IMG/VR virus record: IMGVR_UViG_3300033074_000309
Direction: 5' to 3' (one strand)
Origin: an uncultured virus (IMG/VR IMGVR_UViG_3300033074_000309)
Lineage: Duplodnaviria; Heunggongvirae; Uroviricota; Caudoviricetes
DNA length: 29,633 nt
The notes under the pieces were generated by a model. That model did not search any database and was not told the origin of the DNA. It saw only the letters and a list, made by a program, of their open reading frames with translations. The translations under genes were made by a program, and so were the position numbers. Of the stretch, positions 1-11,200 are shown piece by piece. The number at the start of each line of letters is the position of its first letter. Positions within the stretch are counted from its first letter, which is position 1.

Positions 1-2213
1 ACATTATTTAACATTATTTCAAGGTTGTCAAGTAACTCATTACCTAAATCAATAACAATTTGCTTATTACCAGTAGCTTCTAATTCTTCTAAAGCAGCTT
101 TATTTTTTTTAATTTTATCTCTTAAGATAGGAAAATCAGGATCATCTTTATCAAGACTAGATAACTTATCAATATTTTTCTTTAATTGTTGTTTAAGATA
201 TACAAATTGTTCTTTAATATCTTCAACTTTAGATTTAACTTTAGTAGTATCTACTTGAAAATAAACACTATTCTCTTTAGAAACTTCATCAAATGCTACA
301 ACTTCTTTATTAATAATCTTACTAGCTAAGTCTTTAATAGTATCTTCTAATCTATCATTACGTTTAAATAATGAAATGAATTTATCTATTAACTGCATAA
401 TAGCACCAAATAACTTAAATTCTGCTTCAGTTTTAGGTTCATATTGTTTAACTAAAACCTTAGCTATCATTTTACCTATTACTTCATGTTTTAAAGCAGT
501 TTCATTGTTTTTGTATAATGCAACATATTTAGGGTCTAAAGTACTCTTATAATCCGTTCTAGACAGTAAATTGAATGCTTTCTTAACTAAAAAATGATCT
601 TCACCTAAAGCTAATGTTAAACTATGAGCAATCTCTTCAGATAATGTATCTATACCAGCTTTACCTTCATTAATATAAACTATTTTATTAACTGCATCAT
701 AAGCAGCAGTATAATCACCACCAAATTGCTCTACTAATGAATCAACAAACTTAATTTGAATACCATTGATTTGTGCAAACTCTTTTAAGTCTTGCTCAAG
801 TTTGGTATTTTTTTTACTAACCGTATCTTTAGATTTATTTTGTAATAAAATATTACTTAAATCTTTCTCTGTTAATACAACTTCGTTCCATGTATTACCA
901 TATTCATCTGTAATTTGTTTTATATTTTCTTTACCATATTGTTTAACAAGAATATTTTTTACAGTATTTTCATAGAATAATCCTGTATTTGCTAAATTAA
1001 TTTGGTTTTGATTTTTAGCATCTTCAATACTTTGTATTCCTGTGTTAGGACCTTCTATTTTAACAACAGTATTGCCACTAGGAAATAATACTTTCTCATA
1101 TCCTTTTTTAGCACTATCTTGGATAATAGATTTAATAAAGAATGTTACCCAATTATTATTTTTATTTAGAAGTTGTAGGAATTGGTTTTCGTTTGAAAAT
1201 GCAAGATCGTCTGGAGTTCCATATTTTGAATTAAATTCATTATATGTCATCCCTATATATTCTGGGCTGTCCGCAAAAAACTGATAAAACTCTTCTTCTG
1301 AAATTTCACTTCTATCTTTTGGCCTAAATAATAGATTCTTATCCCTACCTTTCTGAAATAAATCAGATTGTACTTCAAGAATACGCCTTGTTTTAGTAGA
1401 TTCCCTTTTAGAAGCAATTGGTTGCAGACCAAATATATCATTATTATCAACATCTTCTTTTGTTAATTCTCCACCAATTGTTTGATCGTCACTTCTAAAC
1501 CAACCTATACCATTATCTGTAGCAAATTGAGCATGTCCTTTAATTGAAGGTGTAATATTAGGTGTAGCTATTTCTTGTTCTGTATAATTAGTACCTCCAG
1601 GAACTGTTAGATTAGAATAATATTGAGTAGGAGTATTTTGTTCTAATACATCAGCAGTTATTTCTTCAGATTCATCAAATGGATTGTCATATACATTTGT
1701 ATATTTATTACTTTTAGCAGTATTAATCTCAACAGTATAACTATACTTAGCTACAAAATCTAATAACTTTTCTTCAATAGTATTACCTTCAGATTGTCTT
1801 AATAATTCAACCTGTTCTTTAGGAATAGCTAAATCACTCTGTACTTTCTTCCAGAATTGATCAGTATCCTTCATTTGTTTAAACCAACCATTAATTTTAC
1901 TAATGTTTGATTCTACTTTATTTACTACTTTTAAATCAAAATCAACTTTAGGTTCCCCTACTTGATAAAATACACCATTAGCAGTATCTATTTTTTTAAA
2001 TAAATCTCTACGTGGTACTGCTTTACCATTATCTTCTAGAAAGATGTTACCTTCAAAAGTAACACCTTTATTTCTAGCTTGTTTTGATAAGTTAATATTT
2101 TCTTTTCTAAATGTATTTAAATTTAGAATATTTAAAAATGCATCAATAGCTCCTTTAGTCTTTAAATAAGACTTAGCATTAGCTTCTGATGTTCTATACG
2201 GTTTACATGCCAT
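1..2213 (-). CDS. Large virion cargo / polyvalent protein, N-terminal 737 aa (runs off the left edge; absent from the ORF track)
   Basis: Translated by hand from ATG at 2213-2211 (MACKPYRTSEANAKSYLKTKG...) with no in-frame stop to position 1. Starts 13 bp after the vRNAP stop. Contains an EVQSD-motif domain (1362-1376) and a zincin-like segment DTLSEEIAH (EEIAH at 624-638). Its position after the vRNAP fits crAss-like cargo genes. Confidence 0.9.
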   Translation of the reverse strand, partial: MACKPYRTSEANAKSYLKTKGAIDAFLNILNLNTFRKENINLSKQARNKGVTFEGNIFLEDNGKAVPRRDLFKKIDTANGVFYQVGEPKVDFDLKVVNKVESNISKINGWFKQMKDTDQFWKKVQSDLAIPKEQVELLRQSEGNTIEEKLLDFVAKYSYTVEINTAKSNKYTNVYDNPFDESEEITADVLEQNTPTQYYSNLTVPGGTNYTEQEIATPNITPSIKGHAQFATDNGIGWFRSDDQTIGGELTKEDVDNNDIFGLQPIASKRESTKTRRILEVQSDLFQKGRDKNLLFRPKDRSEISEEEFYQFFADSPEYIGMTYNEFNSKYGTPDDLAFSNENQFLQLLNKNNNWVTFFIKSIIQDSAKKGYEKVLFPSGNTVVKIEGPNTGIQSIEDAKNQNQINLANTGLFYENTVKNILVKQYGKENIKQITDEYGNTWNEVVLTEKDLSNILLQNKSKDTVSKKNTKLEQDLKEFAQINGIQIKFVDSLVEQFGGDYTAAYDAVNKIVYINEGKAGIDTLSEEIAHSLTLALGEDHFLVKKAFNLLSRTDYKSTLDPKYVALYKNNETALKHEVIGKMIAKVLVKQYEPKTEAEFKLFGAIMQLIDKFISLFKRNDRLEDTIKDLASKIINKEVVAFDEVSKENSVYFQVDTTKVKSKVEDIKEQFVYLKQQLKKNIDKLSSLDKDDPDFPILRDKIKKNKAALEELEATGNKQIVIDLGNELLDNLEIMLNN

Positions 2214-2226
2214 TATTTAGTTATTA

Positions 2227-5200
2227 TTAAATTCCACAATCATTTGTTTCATTATTCCAATCTTCTTCAGTATTTTCTGATTTTGGTTTAGGTTCACTCT
2301 TAGATATTAAATCTTCTAAATCTTGAGGAGGAGTTCCTATAAATTCATCTGAATCATATACTGGTCTTTCAATTTCTTCATCAGTACTTGTTTCATCTGC
2401 AAAGGTAGTTAAAATAGATTTATTATCCAAATTATTTTCAGGAATTAATGAATTTTCTATATCAGAAGTTACATCAATCTCAATCATATTACCAGCTTTA
2501 CCTAATTTAGATATTGGTTTAAATACACCATTACCTGTATGAATATATAATACAGACTTCTTAGCTGCATTATCATATACTCTTAAATACTTAGTATAAA
2601 TTGGTAAAGCACCTTGAGCTAAATCATCAACATTAGTAACTAATTCTTTTAAACGTCCAGAAGCAGTAGCTAGATTAATATCTGTAACTAAATTCTTACC
2701 AGACTTTTTAAATGTACTAGCATCAAATGTTTTAGTAAATTCACTAGGGAAGTTTCTAATTAATTGGTCTAATAATCTATTAACATCTTTAGAATCAAAT
2801 TCTGCTCTATTTTCTTTAAATCCTTTAGTAACTGATTTTCTAAAGTCAGTATAACCCATTTCTTTAAGTAATGTAGGAGGAATTAAATCATGAAAAGATT
2901 TTAAACCTCTATGAAAACCTGTAGCTATAAATGAATACTTAACTAAATCTTCAATAATAGATTTTGTCTTAGGACTATTATATAAAGAATAAATAGACTC
3001 AGCAATATTATTTTTATGTTGAGTATCTAATCTATTAGCTTTAATAGTAATATAACCAATACCTTTAGCTTTATCATCAAATTTAACTTGTAATGCTTCA
3101 ATAAAAGGAGTTTTTCTTAAAGCTCCATTAAAGAACATTTCATCATTACTAGTATTTTTAATCATATCTATTAATAAAGGAATTTTCTTATAGATAGCTT
3201 CTTTAGCAGAACTAGAGTTTAAACCTATAAAATTATCAGAGTTATAATCAATATAATTTCTAATAAAGTTATTAATCAACATTCTCTTCTCTACTGGTAG
3301 TTTAGAAATACTTTCAAATGAAGCCATGAATTTAATATTACTATTTAAGTATGATAACTTAACAGTATTATAAACATCTGAATCATAAGGGAAGTATTTA
3401 GCTAAAAAATCTAAAGTACTTAAGTGAGTATCATAAGAAGCTTTTAAAGACTTAACTTTATCTAATGTACTAGAATTTAATCCTTCGATAGAAAAACCTT
3501 TTTCTTCAATCTCATTTAATAAGTATTTCTTATTAACAATATCTTCAAAAGTAGGACCAACTTGTTTATTAACACCAAAGAATCTATTAATCTTAACTAA
3601 GTCTTTAGCTATTTTATCATACTGATTATAAAAATGTAAAACATCAATTTGATAACTATAATAAATTGCTAATTTAACATTACTCCATTCTGGATTTCTA
3701 GAATATGCATCTTTATATAATTTAGGAAATTCAGATTTAAAATGTCTTGAATCAACTAAATTAGTATCGTTAAGTCCATTAACTTGTTCATAAGTAGGAA
3801 GAGTATCTATTGATTTTTTTTCATCTTCTGTTAAACCATCATAAATTAATTTTAAACGCTGTTTATAATCTTCTAATAGTGTATCACCAGAATTACGTTT
3901 AGCATCCTTAGCTTTGATTTTATAGTTATTTTCAGCTAATTTAGAAGATAACTCAACTATCACAGGTTGTGTAATAAAGTTAACTGCTGTTTTAGCATCA
4001 AAACCTGCACGTACAATAGTAGCCCAAGTATCAGCTGTAAATTCATTAATACCTAAAGCTTGAATAATAGGATTTTTAATATCATCTAAGATAGCTGCCA
4101 TCATACTAGATACCTCTTTAGATATTAATTTACTACCATCTAATGAATATAATCTAGATAAATCTGTAGCTGTAATATTATTAAATGTAATACCACCAAA
4201 GTATTGAGTAACTTTCATTTTTAAATCTAAAAGTGTAGCATAACTATGACCAGTAACATGTAAAGCTAATTGACCTTTTAATCCCATACCTACGTGATTT
4301 CTAGTTTTATAATCACGTTGTGTAGCAGAACTAAAGAAAGATGTTTGAGTAGATTGAATATTATCCATTCTATCAATGTCAGCTTTAATCTTAGCTAAGT
4401 ACTCAAATCCAGATGGATTTAAAGCTAAAGGTAATATCTCTTTACTTGATAATACTTTTAGATAGTTATCTAATATTTTGTTATTTCTAGCAGCTCTAGA
4501 GTTTTCTCTAACAGTTTTAGTATCATCATATTCAACTTTAACTAATTCACCTTTATCATTTTTAGTAAACTCAGGAGATAAGAAGTAAACCTTATCAAAG
4601 TCAAAGTCAGCACCAAACTGTGTAGTTACTTCATAAGGCATTAATATAGTATTACCATATTCTACAGGTAAGAAACCTTTAACCTTGATAGCCATCATAG
4701 AGTGGAAACCTTCAGTAGGAATACGATAGAATAATAACTCTTTTAGAGAGTCAGGAATATTATCCTTATGAGTACCATCAGCATTGAAGAACTCAGAAGT
4801 CCAAGCTGGCATCATAGCTTCAGACCAATAGCTACCATTCTCATTCTTAACAAATTGTAAGTCTGATTGCATTTTATCTAAGGTAGGATTACCACCTTTA
4901 TATCTCATACCAATAGCACTAGCTTGCACACCAGAACCACCAGCAAAAGATTGTTTAATAACTTTATTAGTAAACAATGAAGATATTAAATTTTGCATTT
5001 GTACAGAAGTTGGACCTCCATCTAAAGCATACTCAAACTCTCCATCAATAATATTTAATGCTTCCATGATATTCTCAGTAGCATTACGTTTAGTAAGCAT
5101 TTCTTTCAAGAACTTTTTAAATTCTTCAGAGTTCTTACCATTAATCATTTTATTTAAATCCTTTAAAGAATCTTCAATATTAACACCTTCAATATTATCA

Positions 5201-8200
5201 ATCTCTTTAATAATATCAGAACCTTGTTTACCATTATAGCTAACTGAAGGATCAATATTACCTAAGATTAACATCTTTAATTGTCTAATAGAGTCATTCT
5301 CATCATCCATAATATGTGCAGGATTATCTACTTGTACCATGAAGTTATTCATATCTAACTCTAATACATTACCACCATTAGATGTAATAGATTCTCTATA
5401 ACCAATAGCAGCTTTAAAAGCAGATTCAAAAGCAATCATGTCTAAACTTTGATTATCCATCTCTGCACGTTTCTCAGCTAATAAAGGATTACTGTTAACA
5501 TATGATTTAAATAATGGTAACATAGCACATTTAACTTGTTCAAATCTTTGGATACCTAATTTCTCATCAAATCTATTACCAAAATAAAATGGTTTAATAT
5601 TTGATAACTGTAATCTAGCTTCTTCTAATTGTACAGGTGTAGGATTAGTTATATTACCTTCAGCAATATCATAAGCTGTTTGCATAGCAGGTGTCCATGT
5701 ACCTCTACCAACAAATATAGCTTTATAAAATTCAGGTGACACTAATACTTGAGCATCAGTAACGTTGTTTTTACCAATACTATCTAAAATTTCTTTTTTA
5801 GTTTTTTCAGAAGTATTAGAATCTTTTAATATTGAATCTTGTGATTTAGTAATATACCCATATTTATTTAAAATATCATTTATGGAATCTTGAGGAACTT
5901 TCATCTCTAATAAAAGATCTTCATATTTACTCATATCATTTTTAGTTTCAAAATCCTTAACTACTTTAGTTTTAGCAAAAGGTTTATCTTGGATATTAAT
6001 ATTAACACCCATAGCACCTGATTGATAAGTACGTTTCTGTAAATCTTTAGCTTTATATAATGCAGAATCTCCATTTAAAAGATTAGACATTTCAATATTA
6101 TTTAACCAAGTATTTAAAGCAAAATCAGCAATAGTTTGTTTAATAGATTTAGAACCTTTAATGTCTAAAGCAATATTCTCATAATTACCTTTAGATACTT
6201 CTCTAATAATACCTTTATCTACAGCTTCATTTAAAGTATTATGAAACTCTCTTCTTAAGATTTGTGCAAGTTCTGCTTTCAATGATTCTTCTAAATCAAT
6301 TAATAAATCTTGAACTTCACCTTCTTGAGATACCGCTTCAGTAATAGCATCTTTAAATTTAGTATTTAAACCTTCAAAATTCATTATCTGATAAGCAAAA
6401 CCATCAAATGATTTTACATCAGACTTAGGAGCATAGTGATAATGAGTTAACAAATCTTTTGTTGATAACTCACCACTTAATACTTTAGCTTTAACTTGTA
6501 ATTGTTGTTGAATTCTAGCAGCTTCTTGTAATACTACATTATAGAAATTATTAACTATAGGAGTATTAATATCAATATCTTCTTGATCATTCAATTGAGC
6601 ATTATAAGATTTACCATCGTAAATCATAGCCATAGACTTATCAGACGGAGTTACATAGATGTATTTACTAGTTTTAGCTTTAGCAATTTTACCACCACTA
6701 GAAGCAAAAAGATTTTGAAATAAAGCTATTTGCATAGCCATATAATCTTTAGGACTCATGTTAGTAAACTTAGAACCATCACTAGAGCCACGTTCATCTT
6801 TAAGACCATCTAAATAATTTAATCTAAACTTAGTAGTTCTAAAGTCATTATCTTCTTTTAAATCTCTTAGTATATTAGAATATTTATATAAAGGATCTTT
6901 CTCTAATGCAGCTAATCTAGATTTAAACTTACGTATATCTCTACTAGATAAATCATCCATTAACTTACTAGCAAATGAAGGTAATTGGATTGTATAGATA
7001 TTACTATTCTCAACATTATTAAATGATTGAGTATAAGATAATATAATACTATTAGCTTGTAAATCTATTAAGTTTTTAGTAGCTCTATCATAAGCTTTTT
7101 GAATATCTTCAGTAGGATTTTCAGTTACATAGAATTTTAAAATATCAGCAACATTTAATGGTAATTCACTCTTATTACCTTTAGAAATAGATTTTTGTAA
7201 TACATCAGGTGTAATTTCAATACCTAACTTAATTAAAAATCTATTAATAGCATCATAATCACCATTACCTTTAAGGATATTTTTAACTAATCCACTCCAC
7301 TGTTCAGTCATTCTTCTAGACTCAGCAGTACCATGCATTATAACTTCTTCACCATCCTTATCAATAATAGTTTTTCTATTAGGATTAGTTAAGTTGTTCT
7401 TCCATTCTTCTTCAATAATATTAGTAACAGATTGTCTATTAGCATCAAATATCTTATAAGTTACATTACCACTATTACTATCAGTATCAAATTTAACTAA
7501 TACATAGTTTAATTGTTGTTTAGTAAAGTTTGATTTAAAATCATTTTGTAATTTAACTAATTCTTCTTTATTAGTAAATGTTGAAGGTTTAGTTAACCTA
7601 TCTACTACAGTTTTTAATTCAGGTCTTAAATCAGATAGTTTATTCATCTCAGCAATCATCTCTTCAAAGGTATTTAAACCTGTTAAAGAACGTTCTAGTA
7701 AATAATAAACTTGATTAAACTCATGATACTTAGGGAAACCATAAGCATCTTTTAATTCATTGTTATTTTCATCAACAACAGGAATACTACTAACAAACAT
7801 CTTAATACGTACAGATGCTGATTTTAAACCTGCTTGTGTTACCCAATCTCCTAATCCCTTAGTAGTTTGAGAAGCTAAAGTAGATACTTCTACATCAGTA
7901 GTATCTTCATCAGTAACAGTTTGTTCTTGAGCATCTAAAGTATCATTCTTAGTAAGTTTAATATTATAGTTCTCTAAATATTTAGTAGCTTCTGATTTTA
8001 AGAAGTCCCAATTGTTAATAATCTTATCTAAATTCTCAACATCTGTTAAAGACATTTTATCTAAAAGTTCAGAGTTTTCTGATGCTTCTAAATATTGTTT
8101 TTTAATTTCTTCAAATAATGAACTAGCTTTAACATCTTTAGTTCCTTGATTAACAAGGGCTTGATACTTAATCATAAAGTTATCACCAATAGATTTAGTT

Positions 8201-11200
8201 CTATCCCACTTAACAGTAGCAGAAAAAGCAGAGTTTCTAGCATAAGCTAATTCATTAAATAATTCACCATTTAACTCTCTATTAACTAAAGCAATATTAT
8301 TCTTTTTAGTAACATTAGAAGTCTTAGCAAATTTACCTGTATTAATAGCGTTAAATAAAGTATCAACTTTAGATTGCTTGTTTTTAGTAAACATATCAAA
8401 CATACTTAATACTTTATTAAAAAAAGCTTTAATTTTAGTCCATACAGTATCTACTGGTTTGTTATCTACAAACTCAGCAAAATCATCAGCTAATTTCTCT
8501 TCATAGTATAAGTAAGTTAATTGCTCATTAGTATATATACCTTTTAAACCTTTTTGTAAGAAGTCCAAATCTTTTTGTGTAGGAGCTTTATATTTAGTAA
8601 TAGCTTCTTCAATTAAAGCAAACTTCTCTTCATTAGAAAGCATATTTCTAAACACACCATGAAAAGCTTCATGATATGCAGTCTTATTAGTTGCACCATT
8701 AAATAGGTATATAACCATATTTCTATATGCACCTAAAGCATCATTTATATTTGATTTAAGAGCACTTAAGTCTTTAACATCACTAAGTGTTAACCCAGGT
8801 AAGTTCTTGCTTAACCATGTCTTAAAATTGTTTATATTAACACTTACTCCTTCTACATTACTTCTAGAAAAACCTGGATCAGATTGTTCACCTTTTTCAC
8901 GTTTTAATCTAATAGCTTTTTGTAAAGGTGTTTCACTTTCAACTTCCGTATTTAATGCAGGTTCAGAAGTAGCTTTGGTAGCAGCTTTATATTCTTTAAC
9001 CTCTGGTGAAATACCCATAGGTTTATAAGAAATAAATGGTTGTACTAAGTATTCACCTTTATAAGTAACAGCATTAGAACTTAATGTCTTACGTTTCTTA
9101 ATATCATCTTGTGTAAAGCTAGAATTAATATTTAATACATTAATATTTTGTCTTTTAGTTTTATATAAAGATTTTTTAAAATCAGCTAAACCAATACCTT
9201 TATTTAAATTATCAATAGTATGTGAAATACCATCAATAGTTAATTTAGTTTCACCTCTATCATCAATTTTAATAGGAGCATTCTTATCTACACTAAAAGT
9301 ACTATAGATATAAGGATTTAAAGCATTAACTACATCAGTAGCTTTTGAACTATTAGATAATCCTTTAATAGCATTAATAATACCTTTAATAGTATGATCT
9401 TCTATTAGATTAGAATAAACTGGAATAGGATACCATTCATCATTAGTATCTTTAATTAATTGAAATACAGAACCTGTAGATCCCCAATTACCTAATTTAG
9501 CTAATCTTAATTTAATATCTGATTCCATATCAGAATCATCCATAGCAGGTAATTGTAATCCCTTACCATCATTATATACAAATATTAAGTTACCATTAGG
9601 TGTTAAATCTTTACTTCTAGGTTCAGTAAATAAATCATTAACAGTATCAACTTTACCATCTTCTGTTAATTTAGTATAAAGATTACCAGAACCTTTTTCT
9701 TCAATAGTAGTATCAGCTTTACCTTGAGCAATTAAGTTTAAAATAACTTTACGTTGAGCTACAATTTGATTTCTAGCATCAATATAAGCTTGATCTATAT
9801 TACCTGTAGTTTCATCAAATGCATTATTACTAATAGCATGTGGTTGTTGTACATAACCAATTATATTACCATTAGATTTAATAGCAATATGTTTATCATC
9901 AAAACCATAAGATGTATCATTAGTTTCATAACCAAACATATTACCCATATTAGTAATGTGATGATTAATATGACTAATAGATTCTTCTTTAGATTTATTA
10001 TAATCTTCTAAAGCTTTACCTTCTAAAGTAACTAATTCAAAAGTAACAGTATCACCTACTTTAACATTATTAAGTTCTTCAACATCTACTTGAGAGTTAG
10101 TGTTTACTAAAGGTACACCATTATCATCTCTTTCAAATTTAAATACTCCATTCTCAAAGTAATTATTGAAAAGTTTCATCATAACAACATTACCCATAGT
10201 ACTCATACCATGAGAAATATCACTAAAGAAACCTTTTTGTTTTTCACTAGGATTTTGAGTTACTTGATCATCACCACTAGTATTAGAAGCAGTATTGTTA
10301 TTTAAATTTTCAGAAACTATATCTACAGTAGTATTCTCATTAGGAATTATAATAGTAGAAGCTTTTAATTCAGTATTAACACCTTCTAAAGTTGCTAATT
10401 CTGCATCATATTTAGCATTGATTTCAGAAATTCTTTGTTTTTTTAAATCTAATAATTGAGTTAATCCCTCTTTACTAGTATTAATTCCTTCTTTTTTAAG
10501 GATATTTATAGCTTTAGTAAAATCATTTATTGTTATATAATAACCATTACCCGATGGGTTTGGTTTAAAAATATTTTTTAATGATTGATATTTTTCAGGA
10601 AATGCTTCTGTTAATAAATCTATTAATGTTTTGAATATTTGTATTCTATTACCAGTTAAAGATTTTCCTTCCTTTCTATCTGTTATAGCACCTTCTTCAT
10701 TATAAGATGTTAATTTTGTATCATTAGCATATCCAGAAAAGGCTTGCTCTGGTGTATTTTTAAATAAATCTAACTTTCTTCTTCTTTCTATATCAGCTTT
10801 TTTAGTTTCTACTTCAGTAATCTTATCTTCAACACTTGTAGAAGTAGGTTCACCACCTAATAGACTATCTAAATCTTGTGTAGGTCCTGTGTAAGGTTCT
10901 TCTTGAGTATTTTCAACAGGTTTAGTTTTTGGTTTATTAGTATCAGTAATCTTACCCTCATTTTGTTTAGCAGCTTTAGATTCTTCTTTAACTATCTTTT
11001 CCTTAGCTTCTTTCTTAGATCCACTAAATTCTTCAAAAGCTGCTTTAACTTGTTCTTTATTAAACACAGACTCATAGTTAGCTTTAGATACTTTCAATGC
11101 TTCACTTAAAGTATTAATTCTATTAGCAAGCTTTTCACGCTCAATAGTAAATTGAGATACATTAGCAGCATCTGCATGCAGTAATGTCATATCTCTATTA

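Noticed and set aside
1253..1453. 66-aa minus-strand ORF
   Set aside because: Out-of-frame overlap inside the 737-codon ORF starting at 2213.
1..2226. Apparent non-coding gap or stop-codon-recoded region
   Set aside because: Manual translation gives a continuous code-11 ORF. It is missing from the track only because its stop lies outside the window.
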